From an uncultured Spirochaetales bacterium (GTDB lineage: Bacteria; Spirochaetota; GWE2-31-10; CAYYKD01): DNA of 64,000 nucleotides. Position numbers and translations under genes: made by a program. The first letter of the stretch is position 1; each line of letters begins with the position of its first letter. The notes below the pieces were generated by a model. It searched no databases. It was not told the origin of the DNA and saw only the letters and a list, made by a program, of their open reading frames with translations. Shown here one piece after another: positions 20,271 through 29,349 of the stretch. The DNA lies in assembly GCA_964471825.1 (NCBI GenBank), contig CAYYKD010000003.1, positions 69,601 through 133,600 of the forward strand. Direction: 5' to 3'.

Positions 20271-21633
20271 AGACAGTATCCTTTATGACTTTTATGCTTT
20301 TCTTCATTATAGCTCTAATATCATCTTCATTAACTGCAAGTGGTAAAAACCAGTAAATAATATCACCGAGAGGTCTTAAAACAAGCCCGGCTTTTAATGA
20401 ATTCATATAGATTCTATAGCCGATCCTGCACTCATCCGGAAACTGCAGTCTGTTTTTAAGATCAGAGACGATATCGACAGCCCCAATAAACCCCAAAAAT
20501 CTTACATCACTGACAAAGTCCAACTCTGTAAAAGCAGTCAACTCACTATGAAACTTCTCTATTACATCAACTTTTGAATATGGCAGTTTTTCCGACTCAA
20601 ATATCTTAAGTGAGGCAATGCCCGTTGAACAGGCAAGCGGATTGGCGGTATAGCTGTGACCATGATAGAAAGATTTATTATCGAAATTGTCATTGTAGAA
20701 AGGTTCGTAGATCTCATCAGTTGTGACCGTAAGGCCTAAGGGCATATAGCCGCCCGAAAGCCCCTTCGAAAGACAGATAAAATCCGGAACAGTCGCGGTT
20801 TGCTGATAGGCAAACATAGAGCCTGTCCTGCCAAACCCAGTAGCGACCTCATCATATATCAAATGAATATTAAGTTCTTTAGTAAGATTTCTCAGCTCCC
20901 TGAGATATTTAGGGGGATAATTAATCATTCCACCTGCACATTGAATTAATGGCTCTATGATTACTGCAGCAATTTCTGAACTAGAGCTTGTTAATAGACT
21001 TCTCATGGTCTCAAAACACCTGTTATCACATGAAATATCAGTAGCATCCAGTGTATATTGTTGTTTCTTGGCCTTGCATTTGCTGCAATGCGGGCCGTCA
21101 ACCATAAAACTACTAAAGCAAAGTTCTCTGAATGTTCCGTGAAATGACTCCATTCCACCAACACTTACAGAGCCAATTGTGTCGCCATGATATGAATTCT
21201 TCAGATAAACGAACTTAGTTTTCCCCTCAATTCCTCTATTTTTATAGTATTGAAATGAGAGTTTTAGAGCAACCTCTGTAGCAGTCGAACCATTATCGGA
21301 GAAAAAAAATCTTGTTAATACAGGGGATAAAAAATTTTTAAGAAGTGAAACAAGTTTTGTTGCAGGCTTGTGAGTAAATCCTGAGAAATTAACATGCTCA
21401 AGCTTTTTTACCTGTTTTGTTAAGGCATCATTAATTAATGGGTGACAATGACCGTGAAGATTTGTCCACCAGGAAGAGATTGTATCATAGTAGCTCTTTC
21501 CATCCACATCATATAACTTTAAACCCTTAGCTCGTTTTATTGCAATATGGTCAAGTTTCTCATAGTCTTTCATTCTTGTAAAAGGATGCCAGATGTTATT
21601 TCTATCGATGTCCAATATCTCTTTTTTATTCAT
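20176..21633 (-). CDS. bioA: Adenosylmethionine-8-amino-7-oxononanoate aminotransferase (class III aminotransferase)
   Basis: DEVATGFGRTGSMFA PLP-lysine motif characteristic of BioA. 485 aa with a Cys-rich internal insert. Confidence 0.8.
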   Translation of the reverse strand: MNKKEILDIDRNNIWHPFTRMKDYEKLDHIAIKRAKGLKLYDVDGKSYYDTISSWWTNLHGHCHPLINDALTKQVKKLEHVNFSGFTHKPATKLVSLLKNFLSPVLTRFFFSDNGSTATEVALKLSFQYYKNRGIEGKTKFVYLKNSYHGDTIGSVSVGGMESFHGTFRELCFSSFMVDGPHCSKCKAKKQQYTLDATDISCDNRCFETMRSLLTSSSSEIAAVIIEPLIQCAGGMINYPPKYLRELRNLTKELNIHLIYDEVATGFGRTGSMFAYQQTATVPDFICLSKGLSGGYMPLGLTVTTDEIYEPFYNDNFDNKSFYHGHSYTANPLACSTGIASLKIFESEKLPYSKVDVIEKFHSELTAFTELDFVSDVRFLGFIGAVDIVSDLKNRLQFPDECRIGYRIYMNSLKAGLVLRPLGDIIYWFLPLAVNEDDIRAIMKKSIKVIKDTVYEVRKEFNLSEATGSIKKTRGSIKEKTVNFI

Positions 21634-21659
21634 TACTACCTAAAAATATTTTGCGTTAC

Positions 21660-22637
21660 TTAAAAATTATTTAGTTCATCTATAAAAGTGTTATCTTCTT
21701 CAGGTGTTCGACCCCTTGTAGTCAGATATCCTCCGGTTAATATCCCATTTGCTCCGGACAACATTAGAAGTCCTTGAAAATCTTTCATCTTGGTCTCTCG
21801 TCCTGCAGCAAACTTAATAGTCTTAGTTGGATTTATAAGCCTAAAGATTGCAAAGGTTTTAGCTATCTCTGCCACCGTAACGGATTTGGCACCTTCAAGA
21901 GGTGTACCCTTAATGGGGATTAACACATTTAAAGGGATTACATCGGCATCAAGTTCTTTGAGCGTGTATGCCATTTTTATTCTATCCTGCATTGTTTCAC
22001 CTAGGCCGATTATTCCACCTGAGCAAACCCTTATGCCGTTTTTCTTTAGAAGTTTTACAGTATTAATCCTGTCATCAATTGAGTGTGTTGTTGCAACAAG
22101 TTCACCATATTTAGAAGGATCAACCTGAAGGTTGTGGTTATACTCAACAATTTTGTGTTCAGCTAAAGCCTTCGCTGTTATTTCGGATAGAATTCCAAAA
22201 GAACCGCAAACATTAAGTCCGGGAAACTTTTTATAAATTTCATCGATAGCTTTAAGTATTAGTTTAAATTCATCGTTAATCTCTGAATATCCCCAACCGC
22301 TTGTAACCAGACCAAAAGTTTTTACCCCTGATCTATAGGTCTTTTCAGCATCCTCTAATATCTTTTCTAAAGATGCAAGGGGATAGACCTCAACATTTGT
22401 TGAATGGTGGATTGATTGTGAACAATACTTGCAGTTTTGCTCACACTCGCCTGACTTAGTATTCATTATAGTGCAGACCTCGACACCATTAGTAAATTTA
22501 TTTTTTACTTTATTTGCAAGGGATAATAGATCCATTATATCATCGCCATTTATTTGTTCAACAAGATTAGCACTTTCAATACTTAATTCTATTCCGTCAA
22601 GGACTCTATAAAAATCGCTTATTATACTATTTATCAA
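21660..22637 (-). CDS. bioB: Biotin synthase (radical SAM)
   Basis: Radical-SAM CxxxCxxC (CEQNCKYCSQS). BioB-like length and C-terminal motifs. Starts 3 nt after rnfB. Confidence 0.85.
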   Translation of the reverse strand: MINSIISDFYRVLDGIELSIESANLVEQINGDDIMDLLSLANKVKNKFTNGVEVCTIMNTKSGECEQNCKYCSQSIHHSTNVEVYPLASLEKILEDAEKTYRSGVKTFGLVTSGWGYSEINDEFKLILKAIDEIYKKFPGLNVCGSFGILSEITAKALAEHKIVEYNHNLQVDPSKYGELVATTHSIDDRINTVKLLKKNGIRVCSGGIIGLGETMQDRIKMAYTLKELDADVIPLNVLIPIKGTPLEGAKSVTVAEIAKTFAIFRLINPTKTIKFAAGRETKMKDFQGLLMLSGANGILTGGYLTTRGRTPEEDNTFIDELNNF

Positions 22638-22640
22638 ATC

Positions 22641-23597
22641 TTACTCCGTTTTATGAATATTTTCTTTATTAAAAAGTCTATTTTTTAACTCTACAGTAGC
22701 ATCTGATGGCGGCAAGTTTTCATTGATTTTTTCCGGTGAAATTTTAACCGGAATATGCACTGGTGCCTTATCAACTACCGGCTTATTCTTAACAAATGAT
22801 TTCTGGTCTTTTATAGGAAGAATTACATCAGCAGGACATTTTATAGCGGCCGCGTGAAGATCTCCAGTTATATTATAGTTTACTACTGCAAGATTGTTAT
22901 TGACGGTAATTCTACCTGGGTCTGATATTCTCTCACAAATCTTACAGCCGATACATCCCTTTTTACATATTTCTTTTACTGTTTTTCCATTATAGTAACT
23001 GGAACAGGCAACAAAGTGCCCCCCTGTTTCAGGAATCATCTTTATTACTTTTGGCGGACACACCGTTACGCATCTCTCACAACTAATACACAGATTGGAA
23101 TCAACCCATACTCTATTTAGTTCATCCCGCTTAATTGCATCGACAGGGCAGACCCTGATACAGTTACCGTTCCCAACACAACCATATTTACACTTTTTGT
23201 CACCATTAAAAAGGTTGTAGACAACAGAGCAGTCTTCCTCGCCATCAAATATATAATCTTTAGCGGCTACTCTATCATCGCCCAGACACATGACCTTAGC
23301 AACCATCTTCATCTTTGTTATTGGTTTTATTCCAAGAATATTGCCGATGATCTTAGCAGATTTTTCTCCACCCGGTGTACAGAGGTTTATCTCAATGCCG
23401 TTTTTTAATATTGCATCAGCATAGCCTGCACAACCCGGATATCCGCACGCACCACAGTTGACCCCAGGTAGTGCGGCTTGAATAAGACCAATTCTAGGAT
23501 CCTCTTTTACAGCAAAAACTTTTGCCAGGAAGGCAAGGGCTATTCCAAAAACAAATCCTAATATACTTAGTAATAATATTCCCCAAAAAATTCCCAT
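22641..23597 (-). CDS. rnfB: Rnf electron-transport complex subunit B (polyferredoxin)
   Basis: N-terminal TM helix. CGACGYPGC cluster plus several 4Fe-4S ferredoxin CxxCxxCxxxCP motifs. Confidence 0.8.
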   Translation of the reverse strand: MGIFWGILLLSILGFVFGIALAFLAKVFAVKEDPRIGLIQAALPGVNCGACGYPGCAGYADAILKNGIEINLCTPGGEKSAKIIGNILGIKPITKMKMVAKVMCLGDDRVAAKDYIFDGEEDCSVVYNLFNGDKKCKYGCVGNGNCIRVCPVDAIKRDELNRVWVDSNLCISCERCVTVCPPKVIKMIPETGGHFVACSSYYNGKTVKEICKKGCIGCKICERISDPGRITVNNNLAVVNYNITGDLHAAAIKCPADVILPIKDQKSFVKNKPVVDKAPVHIPVKISPEKINENLPPSDATVELKNRLFNKENIHKTE

Positions 23598-23621
23598 AAA
23601 AAAATCCTTTTTAAAAAAATA

Positions 23622-24221
23622 TTAAGGAGTTAAGTAACTCAACATAGACTTATCAGCTGCAAAGAAGGCTAGAGCCATAAGCCCTGCAGTAATAAATGCA
23701 ATAGGGACACCCCTAAAAGGTTTAGGAATATCTACAAGTTCGAGTTTCTCCCTGATTGTTGCCATTAAGAATAGAGCAAGGAAAAAACCTATTCCACCCG
23801 CAAAACCATGAAGAGTAGAAGAGATAAATGTCAGCTTTTTATCAATATTTAAGACAGCGACACCAAGGACTGCACAGTTTGTAGTAATCAATGGCAGGAA
23901 TATACCAAGAGCATTGTATAGTGTTGGGAACATTTTTTTCATTATTATCTCAATAGCCTGAACAAGAGTAGCAATGACAAGTATAAATGTAACAATTTTT
24001 AAATAGGTGATATTAAAAAATGTATTTGCGAGAATTCCATGATAGATAATGTAGGTAACCATACTTGCGAGAGTCATTACAAATGTTACCGCAAGCCCCA
24101 TTCCGACTACAGAATCCAGCTTCTTGCTTACGCCAATAAAAGGGCAGATGCCTAGGAATTGTGCGAGTACAAAGTTATTGATAAAAATTGTTCCTATAAG
24201 AATTGCAATTATTTCTTTCAT
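23622..24221 (-). CDS. rnfA: Rnf complex subunit A (integral membrane)
   Basis: ~199-aa six-TM protein of the RnfA/NqrE type, in the conserved position within the cluster. Confidence 0.75.
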   Translation of the reverse strand: MKEIIAILIGTIFINNFVLAQFLGICPFIGVSKKLDSVVGMGLAVTFVMTLASMVTYIIYHGILANTFFNITYLKIVTFILVIATLVQAIEIIMKKMFPTLYNALGIFLPLITTNCAVLGVAVLNIDKKLTFISSTLHGFAGGIGFFLALFLMATIREKLELVDIPKPFRGVPIAFITAGLMALAFFAADKSMLSYLTP

Positions 24222-24248
24222 GCTAATACCTCTAATTCATCCATAAAA

Positions 24249-24938
24249 TTAACTTTTCTTATTTTTAATGGCACTAATAAATGCAAGAATTAGCCCAAGT
24301 ACAAAAAATGCTCCTGCAGGCAAAACTAATATCATTGCTCCGCTATAGACTTCGATGTTGCCAAAAGTTACAATACCGCCATTTCCAAACGGGAGATTCC
24401 AGACATCCTTAGCACCGAAAGAGGTAAAATCAATTGCCCATTTACCAAATACCTCTCTAAAGAAGCTGATGATAATAAGAGCGCCTGTAAACCCTAAACC
24501 CATCCCCAGGGCATCAAAAATGGATGGAACAACGGTGTTTTTACTTGCAAAGGCCTCTGCTCTGCCTAATATGATGCAATTTACAACTATAAGTGGAATA
24601 AAAACTCCAAGTGTGTCGGCAAGAACAGGGAAAAATGCTTTTATCAGCAGATCAATTATAGTTACAAAGGTCGCAATTATTACAATGTAGGCCGGGATTC
24701 TAACCTTATCAGGAATATAATCTTTTAATATTGAGATTAGTATGTTGGAGCAGATAAGGACAAATGTCGTTGCAACTCCCATACCAATTCCATTTGCAAT
24801 CATGGTTGTTGTTCCTAATGTCGGACACAAGCCAAGCATAATAACAAATATAGGATTTTCTTTTATTAATCCCTTTGTGAATTCTCTAATGTTGTTTATA
24901 CCGCTGTTATCCGGATTATCTATGTTTTCAGCACTCAT
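24249..24938 (-). CDS. rnfE: Rnf complex subunit E (integral membrane)
   Basis: 229-aa polytopic membrane protein homologous to RnfE/NqrD, within the cluster. Confidence 0.75.
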   Translation of the reverse strand: MSAENIDNPDNSGINNIREFTKGLIKENPIFVIMLGLCPTLGTTTMIANGIGMGVATTFVLICSNILISILKDYIPDKVRIPAYIVIIATFVTIIDLLIKAFFPVLADTLGVFIPLIVVNCIILGRAEAFASKNTVVPSIFDALGMGLGFTGALIIISFFREVFGKWAIDFTSFGAKDVWNLPFGNGGIVTFGNIEVYSGAMILVLPAGAFFVLGLILAFISAIKNKKS

Positions 24939-24942
24939 TATT

Positions 24943-25503
24943 TTATCCTTTTAGATTTTCCTTCATAATTTTTAATGCTCTGTCCACGGCCTCTGTTATC
25001 CCGTTAAATGTAATAGTAGCTCCTGATATAGCCTCAGCATCATCCGGTGATAACATATGTTTAGCCTTTGGAAATGGCTTAGAATTTGTATTTGTGCCGA
25101 TAAATTTTTTCATATAGGCATCATCTTTAGCTTTGCTGCCAATTCCGGGAGTTTCGCTATTTGATAACAGCTTCATGTTTAAGACCTTAAAATTCTTATC
25201 TGTGGCAACTAGAATTTTCATCTCTCCACCGTACCCATTTCCAGTTGTTGAGACTATATAACCGGCAAGTTGTTTTTTTAGCTTTGCCTCATAGTAGTAG
25301 AGTTGAGATTCATCAAGTCCGTCGAACAGTTTTTTCTCAGAGAATGTACAACCCGGCATAAGAAACTTGTTTGCGGCACTTTCTACAGCCATCTGGTTGG
25401 ACTTGATCTTTTTTTCTGTAAGTGCATTTACGATACCGAGCAGGAGAACCGCAGATGAACATATAATAGTAAGTCTTAAGGCAATTTTTAAATAGTTATT
25501 CAT
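24943..25503 (-). CDS. rnfG: Rnf complex subunit G (FMN-binding)
   Basis: N-terminal anchor and FMN-attachment-like SGATIT motif. 186 aa. Confidence 0.75.
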   Translation of the reverse strand: MNNYLKIALRLTIICSSAVLLLGIVNALTEKKIKSNQMAVESAANKFLMPGCTFSEKKLFDGLDESQLYYYEAKLKKQLAGYIVSTTGNGYGGEMKILVATDKNFKVLNMKLLSNSETPGIGSKAKDDAYMKKFIGTNTNSKPFPKAKHMLSPDDAEAISGATITFNGITEAVDRALKIMKENLKG

Positions 25504-25514
25504 AGTTTACCCTT

Positions 25515-26597
25515 CTAATCTTTTATCTTAACGCCACCCATAGGCCGTCTTTTTATTAAGATGTCTATGGCAGGAGTCAAGAGATTCATAAATAATATAG
25601 AGAGACTTACACCCTCAGGCAGCCCCCCAAATGATCTTACAAGTATTGTAATTAATCCGCACCCTATACCAAAAAGAATTCTCCCTTTGATAGTAATAGG
25701 TGTTGTAACCATATCTGTGGCACAAAAAAATGCACCAAAGACTAGGCCTCCTGTAAAAAGTTGAAATAATACATCGCCTGTAAAATAGCCCGATCCGTAT
25801 TTTAGACCGTCAAACACCCAGGCAAAGATTAATGCGGATAGAATAAAACTAAGAGGAATCTCAAGTGTTATTATTTTTTTGTATATTAGATAGGCCGCAC
25901 CGATGAGAAGTAAAAATATAGAGATCTCTCCAATACTTCCGCCCTTAAATCCAAAAAAAAGATCGAAGTATGTGCCGCCATTTTCCAGACCGATATTTTG
26001 AAGTATGTCCATAGGACCCGTTGTCGCGTCTGTAACAGTGCCTTGTAAAAAAGCACCCTTTACTATATTAAGAGGAGTTGCTGATGTTACGGTGTCAATT
26101 TTGTTTTGACTGAAAAAATTGCAGATACCTCCGTATGAAAATGGTACTGCCCAGGTCGTCATATGTTTAGTCCATGCAAATAGAGCAAAAATTCTTGCTG
26201 CTATGGCGGGGGTTGCCCAGTTGCATCCCAATCCGCCAAATGCTTGTTTAACTATTGCAATTGCAAATATCGAAGAGATGACGGGTATATATAGAGGGAC
26301 TGTAGGCGGCATATTTAATGCAACAATGAGTCCAGTTAATAATGCGGATCCATCTGTTAAAGTCTTAATTGGTTTTCTTCTCATTAATAAGATGAAAAAC
26401 TCAGAAATTACTGCTCCGGCGATAGAACTAAGAACAACAAACATGGCACTACAGCCAAACGAATAAACACCAAACACTGTTGCCGGCATAAGTGCCAGAG
26501 TAACCAGCCACATAATCTTCTTTGTAGTATCAGAATTCAATATATGAGGTGAGGATGAAACTGTAAGCATTCGATTCTGGATTGATTTATCAGACAT
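25515..26597 (-). CDS. rnfD: Rnf complex subunit D (integral membrane, FMN-binding)
   Basis: 360-aa polytopic RnfD/NqrB-like protein. Confidence 0.75.
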   Translation of the reverse strand: MSDKSIQNRMLTVSSSPHILNSDTTKKIMWLVTLALMPATVFGVYSFGCSAMFVVLSSIAGAVISEFFILLMRRKPIKTLTDGSALLTGLIVALNMPPTVPLYIPVISSIFAIAIVKQAFGGLGCNWATPAIAARIFALFAWTKHMTTWAVPFSYGGICNFFSQNKIDTVTSATPLNIVKGAFLQGTVTDATTGPMDILQNIGLENGGTYFDLFFGFKGGSIGEISIFLLLIGAAYLIYKKIITLEIPLSFILSALIFAWVFDGLKYGSGYFTGDVLFQLFTGGLVFGAFFCATDMVTTPITIKGRILFGIGCGLITILVRSFGGLPEGVSLSILFMNLLTPAIDILIKRRPMGGVKIKD

Positions 26598-26600
26598 AAA

Positions 26601-27947
26601 TTAACTCTTCCCCTTAGATTTTTCAATTACAAGTTTACGAGCAAGTTCCTTGCCGGTTCTAAATACCTGAACAAGTGGAATTCTTGCAGGACATACCCAG
26701 GCACATGATCCGCATTCCTTACAATAGAGCAAACCATATTTAAGTGACTTTTCAAAAAGGTCATTTTTAAGATATCTGTTTAGTAGGGTAGGCATGAGTC
26801 CAAATGCACAGGCGTTTATGCATTTTCCACAATTTATACAGGTTCCATTTTTTTCATATGAACCGGTTTCTTCCTCTGTCAAGGCGATTACTGCAGAACA
26901 GCCTTTTGTTATAGGGACATCAAGATTCATCTGTGAAAAACCCATCATAGGTCCACCGATAATAATTTTTTTTACATTTGGCTTTAATCCGCCACATTCT
27001 TCAATTATTTCTTTTAATAGAGTGCCAACCTTTACTTTTAGGTTTTTTGGTTCAACAATCCCTTGTCCTGTAACCGTAACTACCCTCTCAATAAGAGGCT
27101 TATCATATATAATTGCCTCTGCTACCGCCAATATAGTTGAAACATTTGATACGACGACACCAACTTCAAGCGGGATCTTGTCAACAGGAACAATTCTTCC
27201 TGTAATCGCCTTTATCAGTTGTTTTTCATCTCCCTGAGGATACTTTACTTTCAATGGAACAATTTGTATATCATATTTATTATGGCACAATGCCTTAAGT
27301 CTCTTAATAGCGTCTTTTTTATTTGATTCAATGCCTATACAAACTTTACCGGCATCAAGAACCTTTTTAATAATTTCTACCCCTTCAAGAAAATCTTCAC
27401 TCTTGTCTATCATTATTCTATGATCACTTGTAATAAATGGTTCGCATTCTGCTCCATTAATCAAAAAGTAGTCAACTTTTTTATTCTGTGGTATTACGAA
27501 CTTAACATGGGATGGGAATGTTGCTCCGCCTAGACCTACAATTCCATATTCTTGAATCTTAGATGAGATCGCTTCTTTTGGTAATGAACGCCAGTCGGTG
27601 ATAATTAGCTGTTTTCCGGATTTTTTGAATTCTCCTTCAAGTTCTATTACTATAACCTTGCTCTTTCGTCCTATATTTAAATATAACTCTTCTATAGCTA
27701 CTACTGTTCCGGGTATAGAGGAATGAATATTACCGGATACAAATCCCGGTGCTTTAGCTATCAACTCCCCCTCTTCCACTTTTTGTCCGACAGTTACAAT
27801 AATCTCTGCCGGTGCACCAATGTGTTGAGAAACAGGTATATACGCTCTATTAGGTATATCAGCACTTTCAATTTTCCTGTTTTTTGTGAAACCTTTGAAA
27901 CTTTCTGGATGTATGCCAGTATGACCAAACCCTTTTTCAAAAAACAT
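26601..27947 (-). CDS. rnfC: Rnf complex subunit C (NADH-binding, 2x[4Fe-4S])
   Basis: Two ferredoxin-type clusters (CINCGKCINACAFG..., CKECGSCAWVCPAR). RnfC-like N-terminus. First gene of the rnfCDGEAB order. Confidence 0.8.
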   Translation of the reverse strand: MFFEKGFGHTGIHPESFKGFTKNRKIESADIPNRAYIPVSQHIGAPAEIIVTVGQKVEEGELIAKAPGFVSGNIHSSIPGTVVAIEELYLNIGRKSKVIVIELEGEFKKSGKQLIITDWRSLPKEAISSKIQEYGIVGLGGATFPSHVKFVIPQNKKVDYFLINGAECEPFITSDHRIMIDKSEDFLEGVEIIKKVLDAGKVCIGIESNKKDAIKRLKALCHNKYDIQIVPLKVKYPQGDEKQLIKAITGRIVPVDKIPLEVGVVVSNVSTILAVAEAIIYDKPLIERVVTVTGQGIVEPKNLKVKVGTLLKEIIEECGGLKPNVKKIIIGGPMMGFSQMNLDVPITKGCSAVIALTEEETGSYEKNGTCINCGKCINACAFGLMPTLLNRYLKNDLFEKSLKYGLLYCKECGSCAWVCPARIPLVQVFRTGKELARKLVIEKSKGKS

Positions 27948-28199
27948 CTTATGTTGCCTCTAATTTTTTGATGTTACTATACAAAGATATTTTAAATGTG
28001 TCAATAAATTATTTAAGTAAAAGAAGGTATATACATCTTTTATCCTGTGCTTGAAAAGTAATTGTCGGGTAAAAGTGTAGTTTGAATTTCAAGGGAATGT
28101 TCTATAAGGGAAGGAAATGATATATAGGGATTGAATAAACAATTAAGGATTGAATAGGCGATTGGAGTATAGATGTGAGTTGAATAGATGAGGGATTGT

Positions 28200-28281
28200 G
28201 GGGGACAACTTATGCCTGTCTAATTTTGTGAGAAATATCAATTGACATATACAATTATCATCAAACATAGGCTGTCCCTCC
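28200..28281. repeat. REP-like element, inverted pair (full copy gggggacaacttatgcctgtcta in reverse orientation; partner cataggctgtccctcc), ~45-nt spacer
   Basis: The reverse complement of the left copy is TAGACAGGCATAAGTTGTCCCCC, matching the family consensus seen at four other loci. Confidence 0.6.
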
Positions 28282-28350
28282 TTATCATAAGCCGACAAAA
28301 AACAGAAATCGTTTCTCATGGGTTATGGTTTTAAGATGAAAAAGTTTTCT

Positions 28351-28379
28351 TTGACATTTTTCTTTCTCTGTAGTATAAA
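28351..28379 (+). promoter_or_regulatory. Sigma-70-like promoter upstream of the glycosyltransferase gene
   Basis: TTGACA (28351-56), 17-nt spacer, TATAAA (28374-79), ~48 nt before the ATG at 28427. Confidence 0.5.
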
Positions 28380-28426
28380 TTGGTATATATAGATTATCAA
28401 ATTAAAAATTAAAATTTGGGGTAAAA

Positions 28427-29245
28427 ATGCTGATTCTACAGTCTGTCGGCGGTCTTTGTAATAGAATAAGAGCAATAGACACAATGCTCTCATTATCAAG
28501 AAAAATAGATACTAAGCTTGTAGTTTATTGGGATAGAAATGATGAATTAAATGCATCTTTTACCGCTCTATTTGATTTTAGAAATCAATTTGTCTTAAAG
28601 GAAACTAAGTACCATTCTAAAAACCATCCGTCTACAAAAATAAAAAATCTTATTGCACGAATAAAGTTATATAGATTTTTTAAATTTTTAGGGTATAGCG
28701 GGGTTTACTATGTGGATGACATTGTTAAAATGAAAGAACAGGGGTTCGATTTTACATCATTAGATAGAGACAAAAATTATTACTTTTATTTCTATGCTAA
28801 GATCATAGAGAATCCAACTCCATATCAGGAGTTTACACCGCAGCCCTATATAATGAAGATCATTGATCAGGTTACGGCCGGGTTCACACCTCATACTATC
28901 GGAGTTCATATTAGAAGAACTGACAATACACATTCTATTAAGAATAGCCCTGTACAGCTCTTTGTTGACAGAATGGCAAAAGAGTTGGAGCTTAATCCTC
29001 TAACGAATTTTTATCTTGCAACAGATGATCCGGAGACTGAGCAATTTGTAGAGTCAAATTTTCCCGGTAAAATTATGAAGTACAGTAAGGAACTATCAAG
29101 AAGTAGTGAGACCGGCATTAGAGATGCAGTAGTTGATCTCTGGGCATTATCACGAACAAAAAAGATACTTGGGTCATTCTACAGTTCTTTTAGTCATACT
29201 GCAGCTGAAATTGGAGGAATTCCGGAAATTACCATTAAAGAGTGA
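28427..29245 (+). CDS. Glycosyltransferase of the fucosyltransferase superfamily (GT11/GT23/NodZ-like)
   Basis: N-terminal GGLCNRIRAI (cf. GGLGNQMF). HxRRxD motif (GVHIRRTDN). C-terminal ILGSFYSSFSHTAAEIGG resembling the GT11 C-terminal motif. Confidence 0.5.
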   Translation: MLILQSVGGLCNRIRAIDTMLSLSRKIDTKLVVYWDRNDELNASFTALFDFRNQFVLKETKYHSKNHPSTKIKNLIARIKLYRFFKFLGYSGVYYVDDIVKMKEQGFDFTSLDRDKNYYFYFYAKIIENPTPYQEFTPQPYIMKIIDQVTAGFTPHTIGVHIRRTDNTHSIKNSPVQLFVDRMAKELELNPLTNFYLATDDPETEQFVESNFPGKIMKYSKELSRSSETGIRDAVVDLWALSRTKKILGSFYSSFSHTAAEIGGIPEITIKE

Positions 29246-29349
29246 GGTCTTTTTATTATTTGTTGTATTTTTACAATACACAAAGTTGATATTGTTAAAT
29301 TGCTGAGGTGAATTTGCCGAAGATATAGTTTAAACATTTATGAGGGTCT

